Source: Dehalococcoidia bacterium
Lineage (GTDB): Bacteria; Chloroflexota; Dehalococcoidia; Lucifugimonadales; UBA1127
Assembly (NCBI GenBank): GCA_965249605.1
Contig: OZ252245.1
Location: 1,294,967-1,358,966 of the forward strand
Reading direction: 5' to 3'
DNA length: 64,000 nucleotides
The notes below the pieces were generated by a model. It saw nothing but the letters and a program-made list of their open reading frames with translations. It searched no databases and was not told the DNA's origin. The translations under genes and the position numbers were made by a program. Shown here in pieces: positions 19,189 through 30,600 of the stretch (positions are counted from its first letter, which is position 1; each line of letters begins with the position of its first letter).

Positions 19189-19570
19189 TGGCGCCCACGC
19201 CCCGACCATCGCTACCCTCCCCCCATGGAATACGACATCCCCGACGCCAACCTCCGCCTCACCTTGCGCACAATGTGGGTCCCCGCCCCCATGGTCCGCA
19301 TCGACGCCCGATCGCCGCTCGGACCCCAGCAGCAGGGATTAGGTTGCCCCCGAAATATTCTTTTCGATTTATAGCTGCAATGCGACACTACAGCTACAAA
19401 TACGATTACCCTTGGGGTCTCCCCTCAGCTACGACGGGCCGCGGCACAATCGCCCACGCCCCATCCGGGAGCGCCGCAAACGCAAGAATCAGCGGGAGAT
19501 CGCAGAGGAGGAGGTGTGGCTGTCGTTGGCGGAAGTTGCGCTGACGGGCGGTTTAGCAGCGCTGCGGGGT

Positions 19571-19615
19571 TGGTGGCGCATACGGGATTCGAACCCGTGG
19601 TCTCCGCCTTGAGAG
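19571..19615 (-). repeat. distal att repeat: partial copy of the tRNA-Glu(CUC) 3' end
   Basis: tggtggcgcatacgggattcgaacccgtggtctccgccttgagag is identical to 59065-59109. Four of the next five bases also match. No 5' half of a tRNA follows. Confidence 0.8.
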
Positions 19616-19636
19616 AGCGGGCTATTACAAATGGAG

Positions 19637-20422
19637 TTAGCGTAACTGTCTGATGGGAGAGTGAAGGCGGTGTTGGGCGGCGGCAGCTACGACGTTGTAT
19701 GGCTTGTAAATCTTGAGCATGCGAGGACTAGTCCATCCCATGATCGATACTAGCAGCGATTCATCACCCATCCACATTCGTGTGAAGGTGTGGCGTAATG
19801 TATGAGCGCTTGCCCGCTTACCACCCAAGCCGGCAGCCCGGAAGGCGCGCCTCACAGCGCGACTTGCCGCATTTGGCGTGCGCCATGTCCAAGGCAGGGA
19901 ATTAGTTACCATGCGGGCTACCCACGGGTGAATGGGCAACTCGCGTTCGCCGGTCTTGCCGTTGACAACGACTCTTCCTAACCATGGGTCTATCTTGGTG
20001 ATGGCAAATGCCTCGCCGATTCTTACTCCCGTGTCAGCAAGAAGCCATAGGAGAGCGCGCACCTGAGGCGTGAACCCCTCATGCGTTAGCAGAGTGGCTA
20101 GTTCATCGCGGCTCAAAGCGCGGGCTACCTTGCGGGAAACGAAGGGTGGAGGGATGGAGGGCATTGGGTTCTTCCGAAACAGGCGACGCTGTTGGAGCCA
20201 GCGATAGAAAGCAGAGAGCAGCCTAAAGTATGTTGAGCGCGTCTCATCGGACGGTCCCTGTTTAGCGAGGAAGGCTTCTATCTGGTCGGGGCGGTTAGGT
20301 AGGCGCGTGAACGCGGTGGCAAACCTACCGAGCCGGTATCGGTAGCCTTCCAGCGTTCTAGGGGAGACTCCCACTGCTGTTCGTGCTGCAACGAACTTGT
20401 CGATAGCTGCCTGTGTCTTCAT
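19637..20422 (-). CDS. tyrosine recombinase / phage-type integrase (paralogue 1)
   Basis: 261 aa with an N-terminal SAM-like core-binding region. Catalytic signatures are LLADTGVRIGEA (Arg), HTLRHTF (HxxR) and GWTSPRMLKIYKPY (Tyr). Confidence 0.9.
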   Translation of the reverse strand: MKTQAAIDKFVAARTAVGVSPRTLEGYRYRLGRFATAFTRLPNRPDQIEAFLAKQGPSDETRSTYFRLLSAFYRWLQQRRLFRKNPMPSIPPPFVSRKVARALSRDELATLLTHEGFTPQVRALLWLLADTGVRIGEAFAITKIDPWLGRVVVNGKTGERELPIHPWVARMVTNSLPWTWRTPNAASRAVRRAFRAAGLGGKRASAHTLRHTFTRMWMGDESLLVSIMGWTSPRMLKIYKPYNVVAAAAQHRLHSPIRQLR

Positions 20423-20958
20423 CGCTCTAGACTAACGAGGCTCAACTAGAGAAGGTTCAATGCTAGATAGGGACACCTGGCTCCTGCGCCACCCTGACGA
20501 CCTCAAAGACTTGCGGCGAAACGTCCTGTCGGCGAACAGGCCCAAGCACTACCGCCGTCTGCAAAAAGTAGGTAGGCTGGCATGTGGCCGGTGGACCTGA
20601 CATTGCGCCCGGTATGCCCAACGCCGAACGCTCCGACTACGACCAGGTGGTGTTGGCGCGTCGGCTGCCGAATGCCCGAACTGGCGCAGTCGTGAGAACC
20701 GAGCCTGCACTCCCAGCTCGTTGGGGGTTATAGCCTCGGGCAGTATGGGGTCCGCCTGGTTACAGCTCCAGAACGCACCTCAGCGTGAACGCGGCAAAGT
20801 ACGTACGTCATTCATAAATGGTGGCCATTATACAGAACTTCGGTCTACGTTTTCGTCGGGCTCTGTCTGGGTCACTTGCTTTGCTGACGGGTGGTACGAA
20901 AGCTGGGACGGCAATGTTGCATGGATTACTGACCTGCCCCCGGTCTTTGTACCCCCTG

Positions 20959-21692
20959 CTATGTTATTCCTGCAAGCACAGGAGCAGTGTCCGCGGGCAT
21001 GAGGACCTCGGGCGCCGGCGGCCTGTAGCCCAAGGCGCTGTGAGGCCTGACACGAGTGTACGTCTGCCTATACTGCTCGGTCAGCACCTTCACCTCTAGC
21101 AGCGTGTAGAGGATCTCCCTGTCCAGCAATTCGTCCCTCAGCTTGCCGTTGCAGCTCTCGATGTAACCGTTCTCCCACGGTGATCCAGGCTCGATGTACA
21201 GCGTCCTGGCTCCTACCCTCCCAAGCCACTCACGCACAGCCCTGGCCGTGAACTCTGGTCCGTTGTCCGACCGGATGTGGTCAGGCACTCCCCAAGTCAG
21301 CATCACCTGGGCCAGCGTCTCTATCACATCGGGAGACCGTATGCTGCGGGCGGCCCGGATCGCCAGGCATTCCCGAGTGTACTCGTCCATGACGGTCAAC
21401 AGCCTCACCCCTCTGCCATCCTCGGTCCTGGTCTGCACGAAGTCGTACGCCCACACGTGGTTCTTTCACTCCGGCCGCAGCCGTACACAGGAGCCGTCAC
21501 CCAACCACGCTGTCGCAGCAGAGCAGTGATTCTCCGGTAGCCGTACCTGCCGAATCTACCGGCCAGTTCCACAATCTCCTCAGTGAGCAGCTGCTCCTGT
21601 CCCACAGGTCTCGGCTCATAGCGCTGGGTGGACCGGGGATGGTCCAGGACCTTGCAGGCTCGTCGCTCGGCGACTCCGAGAGTATCTATCAC
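20959..21692 (-). pseudogene. IS3-family transposase OrfB (rve DDE domain) with internal deletion/frameshift and a premature TGA
   Basis: ORF 21405..21692 (HTH_21-like, ..YGYRRITALLRQRGW) and ORF 20959..21456 (DDE core ..HIRSDNGPEF..PWENGYIES..) are in different frames. The joint reads ..LGDGSCVRLRPE*KNHVWAYDFV, with a stop where Trp/Tyr is expected. Confidence 0.7.
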
Positions 21693-21724
21693 GTGGCCGA
21701 CGAACTGGCGACGACGGGAGGGGC

Positions 21725-22003
21725 TTAGAAGTTTCCCTCCGCCGCCTCCCTCAGTATTTGGTTGTCCACCGTCAGGTCAGCCACCGCTCTCCTGAAGCGA
21801 CTGTTCTCCGACTCCGGCTGCTTCAGGCGTCTCAGCTGGTCGATCCTGAGGCCACCGTACTCGGTGCGCCACCGGTAGAAGGTCTGTTGGGCCACTCCAA
21901 TCCGCCTGGCGGCCTCGGCGACCGTGTTGCCCGCGGCTATGGCTACCTCAGCCTCTCTGAGCTTGTTGATCACCTGCTCCGGTGTGTGTTTCCTCTGGGC
22001 CAT
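21725..22003 (-). CDS. IS3-family transposase OrfA (HTH)
   Basis: MAQRKHTPEQVINKLREAEV..AEAARRIGVAQQTFYRWRTEYGG plus a leucine-zipper-like tail, typical of IS3 OrfA. Confidence 0.8.
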   Translation of the reverse strand: MAQRKHTPEQVINKLREAEVAIAAGNTVAEAARRIGVAQQTFYRWRTEYGGLRIDQLRRLKQPESENSRFRRAVADLTVDNQILREAAEGNF

Positions 22004-22066
22004 TTCTCCCCCTTTCTACTGCCCAAGATTAACATTGCTCTTGGACCAGTTGTCGGCGGGCAGGTC

Positions 22067-22566
22067 CTGTGGGCCAGGATGAAGCGGGACATGACCGCCG
22101 ACTCTCTCATCGAGGTGGTGCAGGAGGCGGTGGACCGGACGGGCATGGACCGGGTCCCGATAACAGATCGGACTAGGTTGCTGAGCGACAACGGCCCCGG
22201 CTAGGTTTCAAGAGCATTCAGAGACTACCGGGGCATGGTGGGTATCAAGCACATCCTGGCTGCTCCCTTCCACCCGCAGACCAACGGCAAGCTGGAGCGC
22301 TATCACCAGACCCTCAAGCGGGACGTAAACCAACTGCCGTACGAGATGCCATCAGACCTGAAAGCGGCCATCGTGGCCTTCGTCAGCTACTACAACTCCC
22401 GGCGCTACCACAAGGCCCTGGGCAACGTGACACCGTCAGACGTCCTCAGGGGCAGACGAGAAGACATATTGTGACGGAGGAAGGAGGTGCAGACCCAAAC
22501 AATCGAGAGACGAAGGCGCTACAACAGGGCCCTCAGGGAGCTCACCAGACCTCCATCCAGCCCCTG
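22067..22566 (+). pseudogene. 3' remnant of an older rve-type DDE transposase gene, disrupted by the IS3 insertion
   Basis: Reads LWARMKRDMTADS..RLLSDNGPG*VSRAF..FHPQTNGKLERYHQTLKRDV..YNSRRYHKALGNVTPSDVLRGRREDIL*RRKEVQTQTIERRRRYNR. It has two in-frame stops and its 5' part is missing. Confidence 0.6.
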
Positions 22567-22792
22567 ATCTCTCGGCTCCCAATGTGTCCCACTATTGCTG
22601 GTTGCTAACAACGCTTCGGTCTATGACGTAAAGGGAGCACGGGAAGAGACCAAATCGAGGTCCTCCTTCATGTGTCCGATGCCAACCACCGTTTCCTCAG
22701 CTGTCTGACGCTGCGGCTGGATAAACCCAAGGAAAACTATGGAAGGTGCCTCACCATTGCAAAACATACTGTGAATGACTATCATTGTACTC

Positions 22793-24009
22793 ATGATGGA
22801 CGTTACACTCCCCCGCCTCGTTGGGCCAAGCCTTCAGCACCGTCTCCGGGTCATGCCTGCGGTGGTGGTGACCGGAGCCCGTCAGACGGGGAAGAGCACC
22901 CTAGCACAGGAGCTTATGCCGGGGGACGGCTCTTCCTCTCCCCTGGACGACCTCGACGTGGTAGATGCAGCCCGCCGCGATCCCGAGGCGCTCCTGGGGG
23001 GCAGCCAGCAGGTGACCCTTGATGAGGTGCAGCGAGAGCCGGACCTTCTGCATGCGGTGAAGCGGGCTATAGACCAGCAGCGCCAGCCGGGGAAATTCCT
23101 CATCACCGGTTCGGCCAACCTGCTATTGATGCGACAGGTCTCCGAGTCCCTTGCTGGCCGGGCCAGCTATCTGACCCTCTGGCCGATGACCCGGCGAGAG
23201 CAGCTGGGTCTCGGACGTGTGGCATCTGGGAGGAGTTGCTGAAGGCCCGCGACGAGGAATGGCTCGACCTGGTGGCTGCCCAACCTGACCAGCCGGAGGA
23301 CAGGCTGGCGCTTCGCGGTGGCTTCCCGCTACCGGCCATCCACCTCAAGGCCGCTCAGGACAGGGCCGTCTGGTTTGACGGCTACGTGCGCACCTATCTG
23401 GAACGGGACCTCCAGAACCTCTCTTCCTTCTCGGCAGTGCCAGACTTTCGCAGGCTAATGCGGGCCGTCTGCCTCCGCATGGGCAACCTTGTGAACCAGG
23501 CGGAACTTGGCTGTGACGTGGCTCTGCCCCAGCCGACGGTGGGCCGCTACCTCAACCTGCTGGAAACGTCGTACCTGCTCGTTCGACTTCCCGTCTACGC
23601 GGTGAACCGCACCAAGCGGCTGATCAAATCTCCCAAGCTCTACTGGGGCGACACCGGGGTGGTGTTGCATCTCACCCAGGAGGAGGAGCCCCGAGGGGCA
23701 CATCTGGAGAAACTGGTGCTTCACGATCTGCTGGCCTGGCGGGACGCACGGCTCGACCGGGCTGAGGTCCTCTACTGGCGCACGGCCATCGGCGAAGAGG
23801 TGGACTTCGTGATTGAGGCTGGGGACCGGCTGCTGCCCATCGAAGTCAAGGCGACGGAGCGGCCGCGCCTCCGAGACGTAGCCCATCTGCGCACCTTCCG
23901 GGCCGAGTATGGCGATAGGGCCAGGGCAGGCCTGTTGCTCCACGCTGGCAATACCCTGGAATGGCCGGCACCGGATGTGCTTGCTGCGCTCTGGTGGAGG
24001 GTGCTATGA
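22793..24009 (+). pseudogene. AAA+ ATPase with DUF4143 domain, split by a frameshift (or sequencing error)
   Basis: ORF 22775..23242 carries the Walker A motif (TGARQTGKST) and LDEVQREPDL. ORF 23236..24009 carries the DUF4143-type C-terminal half (..YVRTYLERDL..PKLYWGDTG..EVDFVIE..IEVKA). The frames change around 23200-23240. Confidence 0.65.
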
Positions 24010-24681
24010 GGCGTCGTCTGGCGGGGATGGGGTTCAAAAGTCAACAGGGTTTTGGGTATCGGCTCCCACAGAGGACCGCCAGGGTGGAGGCAGGTCTACT
24101 AGGGCCGGACCGGGTGGTAGCGATAAATCCGCGCCATGGGTGGGTGGCCTGCTGCTCATCTCTCTGCTGTTCATGCTGAACGTGACGTTAATCTTTACCG
24201 GCACAACTGGCATGGACCTGTACGGCTTCTACACACTGGACCCGGTGGCAGCTCAACCCCTGCCGCTGGTGCTGTCCACTCTGTTGAATCTGGGCATGGT
24301 CTTCCGGCCTACTGTGCCAATGAAAACATTCGCGAGGGTTAAAACCCCAGATAAGGTTCCGGACCAGCGGACCGGTCTGTCCACGGAGGCGCTCTACACC
24401 CAGCCGAGGCCGAGTTGTTACGATCCTACAGCCGACGCGCCATACATAACCAACTAACAGATATGGAAGCTTGCGAACTGTGCAAAGCTGACGGCCGACT
24501 TCCCAACTCTGCATAATGAATCCGAGTATACCGTAGTGGTGGACGGAGATACTGGGGTGATAGCACCGTACCGGGGCGGCGATTCCGGTACGGCTGGCGT
24601 GTTTATCAGGGGTTCGAAATTCGGTAGGTGGACCTTAGCGGACAAGCTAACCGCATCCGATTCCGACGATCAGGACATTAT

Positions 24682-27600
24682 ATGAGAACAATCCATATAG
24701 GAACTTTCCCGCGACTGACAATCATCGGCGTGCTCCTCGCCGTTGGTGTGCTCCTCCTCCTCATCATGGCTCCGGCCAACGCCGCCAACGCGCCGTCCAA
24801 TTTCAGCGCGACCGCCGGCGATACCCAGGTGACGTTAACGTGGAATGACCCCAACGACACTACGATCACCGGCTACCAAGTGTTGCAGGTAGCAATCACC
24901 AAGCTGACCGGCGGCAGTAGCGCTGCAGGCGACAGGTTTGGGGATTCCGTAGGCGTGCACAACAACCGGGCCGTGGTTGGAGCGCCCTTACAGGACACTG
25001 CGGACGGAAACAATACCCTGACCGACGCCGGATTGGTCCACTTCTTCAACTTCAACACGAGTTCCACTGTGTGGGAGCGGGAAACCGAACGGGCCTTCAT
25101 TGGCGTGTCGGGAGGCGACAAGACGGGGTCCTCCGTAGCGGTGTCCGGCAATACGGTCGTGTATGGAGTCCCCGAGTACGACAACGAGATTTCCAATAGC
25201 GTCACTTATTCTGATGCCGGTAGGATGATTGTATACGTCAAAACGCAAGGATTAGGGTGGGGCTACCCCTGGGATCCGAAGGGCGAGGCGGCAAATGATC
25301 GGTTCGGATATTCCGTCGCGGTGGACGGCGGCACCGCCATCGTGGGGGCGCCGAGAGTCGAGGTCAGCAACCTCGCGCTTGCCGGTAAGGCTTACGTGGA
25401 CACCAAGAATAACGACAATAGTTGGAGCCGGAAGGCCACATTGGACGCCGGCCTCAACGCCGGCGCCGGTAGCTCGTTCGGCACTTCAGTAGCAGTGGAC
25501 GGCAGCACTGCCGTTGTAGGGGCATTCGGGGACGATGCTGGCAAGGGCGCGGTTTACGTATTCACCCAAAGCGGAAACGCGTGGACCCGCGCCGCCAGGC
25601 TCACCGCCTCCGATGGCGCTAATAACGACTCGTTCGGCCGGTCCGTAGCGATTGACGGCGATACCATCGTGGCAGGGGCTTGGCGGGACGGCGACGGCGG
25701 AACCGATTCCGGCTCTGTGTACGTGTTCACCAAGCCCCAGGCTGGCTGGAGCAACATGACTCAGACCGCCAAGCTAACCGCCTCCGACGCCGCTCAAAAC
25801 GATTTCTTCGGGTGGTCGGTAGCGATTGACGGCGACAATGTGGTTGTTGGGGCCTACGGGAATGACGATGACGGCTCCAACTCCGGTTCGGTTTATCTGT
25901 TCACCAAGCGCAGCGGGGTATGGGTAACCACCACCGAGATTGTGAAGCTGACCGCTCCCGACGCCGCGGCGGGCGACCAATTCGGATATTCCGTTGCGGC
26001 TGGCGGTGGCAGCAGGGCCATAGTCGGGGCGCCCGGGGACGACCGCGACAGCGATTCTGACATCGGCGCCGCTTACGTGTTCAGCATCCCCGCATGGACC
26101 GGCATTTCCGGAAGTGGAGCGGGGACCACGTCCCACACGGTAACCGGCCTGACCAACGATGTGGAGTACACTTTCTGGGTTCGTCCAGTTGTGGGCAACG
26201 CCCTTGGCCCTGCCTCCGGCAGCAAACACGCCACGCCGCAGCAATCGCCGGCGGCCACGCCGGCCAATCTGACTGCCGTGGCGGGCGTTGGCGAGGTTAC
26301 GCTGTCCTGGGACGACCCCAACGACTCCACCATCACGGGCTATAAGTATCGGCAGAAAGAGGGCAGCGGCAGCTTCGGAAGTTGGACCAACATCGCCCTC
26401 ACCGACATCGACTCCACCAGCGTCCCGGGCAAGATCAGATACACGGTGACCGGCCTGACCAACGGCCAAACTTACACCTTCCGAATTCGGGCGGTGGACG
26501 AGGATGGCGATACCGGAAACTCGAACGACGTCACCGTCACGACGATACTAGCCGCTCCGACGACCCTCTCGGCCACGGTGGGCGCCGGCCAGATTGGGCT
26601 TAACTGGGACAATCCGAACAACACCCTGATCACGAAATACCAGTACAGCACCAACGGCGGTACGAGCTTCATGGACATCACCGGCAGCAACGCGACCACC
26701 ACCGCGTACACCGTGACCGGCCTGGACAACGGCACGGAGTATACCTTGGCAGTGAGGGCGGTAAACGCTGCAGTCAACGGTGAGGCATCCACCGTGACCT
26801 CCACGCCGTTGTTGCCTGCGCCGACCAATCTGGTGGCTACGCCCTACAGCGAACGGGTAGTCCTGGAGTGGGACACGGGCGGCGTAGGGTACGAACAATA
26901 TCAGATCACCATCGAGACCAGCGGCACCGGCGTGGTTCCCACGCCTTACATAGTATCGGCCTCGTCCGAACCAAAAACTTCGGTCGAGATTACTCCATTG
27001 ACCGACAACACGGCATACACGTTCGCCGTATTGTCGGTGTATGTCCCCCCGGGATTAAGCGGCACCCCAAAAATCACCGGAATGGCAGCCGTAGTGACTG
27101 CCACCCCGATACCGGTACCGGCCGCCCCGGTGAACCTCACGGCCATGCCGCTAGACATGCAGGTCCAGCTTACCTGGGATGACCCCGCGAATACGACCAT
27201 AACCAAGTATGAGTTATTGCAGCTCGCCGAGGAGAGTGGGCTGATCGCCTCCGACGCCGCTAAAAACGATCGGTTCGGCGTGTCGGTTGCGGTGGACGGC
27301 AACACCGCCGCGGTCGGAGCGTTCCAGCCCGATTATGTGGACTCCGGTACTAACGTTAGCAGGCCCGGCGCGGCCTACGTCTACACCAAGGATTCCAACG
27401 GTGCGTGGAGCCAGCAGGCGAAGCTGACCGCCTCGGATGGCGCGGATGGTGACGAGTTCGGAATCTCCGTAGCGGTGGACGGCGATATCGTCGTGGTTGG
27501 GGCCCGTGGGAACGTCAGCAAAACGGGCGCAATCTACGTGTTCACCAAGCCTTCCGATGGCGACTGGACCTCCACCATTACCGAGACCAAGCTCACCGCT

Positions 27601-30600
27601 ACAGGCGGCTCGGCGGACGACCTGTTCGGAGCCTCCGTGGCATTGTACAGTGAGAGCACCATCGTGGTCGGAGCGCCTGGAGACCAAATTACGGTTGGAG
27701 GCGTCGTGGTAAGGTCCGGATCGGCATACGTCTTCACCAAGAACTCCGGTGTGTGGAGCCAGGCGGCCAATCTTACCGCCACCGACGCCCAGACGGGCGA
27801 CGAGATCGGGAATTCAGTAGGGGTGGACGATGATACCATCGCAGTCGGGGCGTACGGTAAGGACGGCAACAGCATCGCCGATTCCGGTTTGGTCTACGTG
27901 TTCGTCAAGCCCGAAGTCGATGGCGGCTGGGCCAACGCTAGCACTGAAACCGTGCAGCTCAGGGCGTCCGACCGGGCCGCCAACGACAATTTCGGTCGTT
28001 CCGTAGCCGTCGGTAGCAGCACAATAGTCGTTGGCGCGTCCGGAGACCAGAACACGGTTGGGGGCGCTGAGGTCAGCACCGGTTCGACCTACGTATTCAC
28101 GGAACCCAACACCGGCTGGGCCAACAGTGGAGGCACCGAGACGGCCAAGCTCACCGCGTCAGACGGCGCCCATACCGACCAGTTCGGTCGGTCCGTTGCA
28201 GTGTACGGCGACACCATCGTGGTCGGGGCCCACCAGAACGACGACGATGGCACGGACTCCGGTTCGATCTACGTATTCATCAAGCCCACGAACGGCTGGA
28301 CCGACATTACTGGCACGGTGAAGCTCACCGCGTCAAACGGCAAAGCGGGCGACAGGTTCGGAATCGCGCTGGCGCTGGACGGTGCCACTGCATTGGTTGC
28401 TGCGCCCAGGAACGACGCCAATGATGACGACGCCGACACTGGCAACGATGTCCTCGACGCCGGTTCTGCCTACGTTATCGGGACATCGGAGTGGGCCAAA
28501 ATCCCCGACGACGACGCCGGGAACAGGTACCACGAGGTAACCGGCCTGACCAACGACATCACATACACGTTCGCAGTGCGTGCGGTGAACCCTTCCGGCG
28601 ACGGCCCGGCATCCACTGTGACCGGCGTGCCCATGCCCGTACCAGCCGCGCCCCTGAATCTCTCGGCCACGCCGGGCGACGGCCAGGTTGAGCTTACTTG
28701 GGACGACCCGGAAGACGACACAATCACGAAATACCAGTACAGCACCGACTACGTCATTAACGGCGGCGGGATGGGCAACAACGGAGGCGCGAGCTTCACC
28801 GACATCCCCGACAGCGACGGGAGCGACGGGAGCACCACGGAATACACCGTCACCGGCCTGACCAACGGCACCACGCACACGCTGGCAGTGCGCGCGGTGA
28901 ACGCTTACGGCAACGGCATGGTAGCCACCCTGGATGTCGTGATGGTGCCGGCCGCTCCGAAGCTGTCGGCGGCGCCGGGAGATGGCCAGGTTGTCCTTTC
29001 CTGGGACGATCCGGCCAACCCCACGATCGGCAAGTACCAGCTGTCGCAGTCCGACCCCCCGGAATGGTCCGAAATCACCGGAAGCAACGCCACGACCACG
29101 ACCCACCCGGTAACCGGCTTGACCAACTACACAGGGTATTCATTCCAGATCCGCGCAGTAAACGAGACCGGCGCCGGCCCAGCCTCCAACAGCGCCAGCG
29201 CCACGCCCAGACTCGGGAAGCCGGCCAAGCCGGCGGGGATGTCGGCCCAGGGGGGCGACGCCCAAGTGATGCTGAACTGGGATGATGCCATGAATTCGAC
29301 CATAGACAAGTATCAGATATCGGAGGTGATCCCGGAACACTTTCTCACCGCCTCCGGCGGCGCGGCCGGCGCCCATTTCGGGACTTCCGTGGCAATCGAC
29401 GGCGACACGGCCGTAGTAGGGGCGGACCGGGCAAATAGTAGGAAGGGTTCAGCCTACATATTCACTAGGGATTCCAACGGTAACTGGATCCAGCAGGCCA
29501 AGCTCGACGGCGAAAATGAGGGCGACCAGTTCGGGTGGTCCGTTGCGGTGGACGGGGACACCGTAGTGGTTGGAGCCCACGCATACGACGGCGAAGACGC
29601 TAGCAATACTACCCTGGTAAATTCCGGTGCGGCCTACGTAATCACCAAGCCCGACACCGACGCCAACGTCGACGGCTCGATCGACTGGAAGGATTGGAAC
29701 TCGCTGAGTGACGATGGCAGGGCTGGGTTGACGGACACGCTGACCCTCACCACCCCTGAGGCGTACGCCTTCTTCGGAGGTTCGGTAGCCTTGGACGATA
29801 GCACCCTGGTGATTGGGTCCCGCCTCACTGACGTTGGAGGCTATCTGAGTGCTGGTGCGGCCTATGTGTTCACCAAGGACTCGGTGACAGGTGTGTGGAG
29901 CCAAGCGGCCAAGCTGACCGCCTCCGACGGCTCGTCGCTGGCATATTTAGGGTACTCGGTAGCGGTGGACGGCGGCACTGTATTGGCAGGGGCGTTCGGG
30001 TCGTACACGGCCTTTGGTCGCACAGGAAACGGTTCGGCCTACGTATTCGCGAAGCCCGCCAGCGGCTGGGCCGACGGAAATGAGACTACCAAGCTGACCG
30101 CCTCCGACCTCCAGCCGAGCGACTATTTCGGGTTTTCCGTGGCGCTGGACGGCGACACTGCGGTGATCGGAGCAAGGCAGCACAACGACCCCGGAACCGG
30201 CGCCGGTTCCGGCGCCGCTTACGTCTTCACCAGGGAATCGGGTGTGTGGGGCGAGAAGGCCAAACTTACCGCCTCCGACGCCGCAGCTGGAGACAACTTC
30301 GGAGTGTCAGTGGCGGTGGAGGATGATACCGTCGTAGTTGGGTCGTGGCAAAACGACGACAACGGACGCAATTCCGGTTCGGCGTATGTTTTCACCAAGC
30401 CTGCCCTCGGCTGGGCCGGCACCTTTGAGACGCTCAAGCTCACCGCCCCGGACGGCGCGGCCAATGACAGGTTCGGATGGTCAGTGGCAGTAGACCTGGA
30501 TGATCAACGCGGTGATCTCGCACTGGTTGGGGTGTACAGTGACGACATCGCAACTGGCATGGATGCTGGTTCGGTCCACGTGTTGGGCATACCCGATTGG

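Larger units (their letters stand above)
20930..22066 (-). mobile_element. decayed IS3-family insertion sequence
   Basis: Terminal inverted repeats are TGACCTGCCCCCGG (20930...) and the complement of ..CGGCGGGCAGGTC (..22066). It holds an orfA plus a damaged orfB and is inserted inside an older transposase gene. Confidence 0.6.

Noticed and set aside
18700-19570. A complete group II intron or a diversity-generating retroelement feeding the giant proteins
   Set aside because: Only a roughly 80-codon maturase tail is present. There is no RT domain, no domain V hairpin that I could fold, and no template/variable repeat pair.
23909-24457. 182-aa ORF in the lower-GC spacer between the ATPase gene and giant gene 1
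   Set aside because: It overlaps the ATPase 3' end, has no RBS or motifs and only a short hydrophobic patch. The evidence is insufficient to call a gene.
24600-24630. ggggttcgaaattcgg, a T-arm-like motif suggesting a tRNA upstream of giant gene 1
   Set aside because: No acceptor, D or anticodon arms can be drawn around it.
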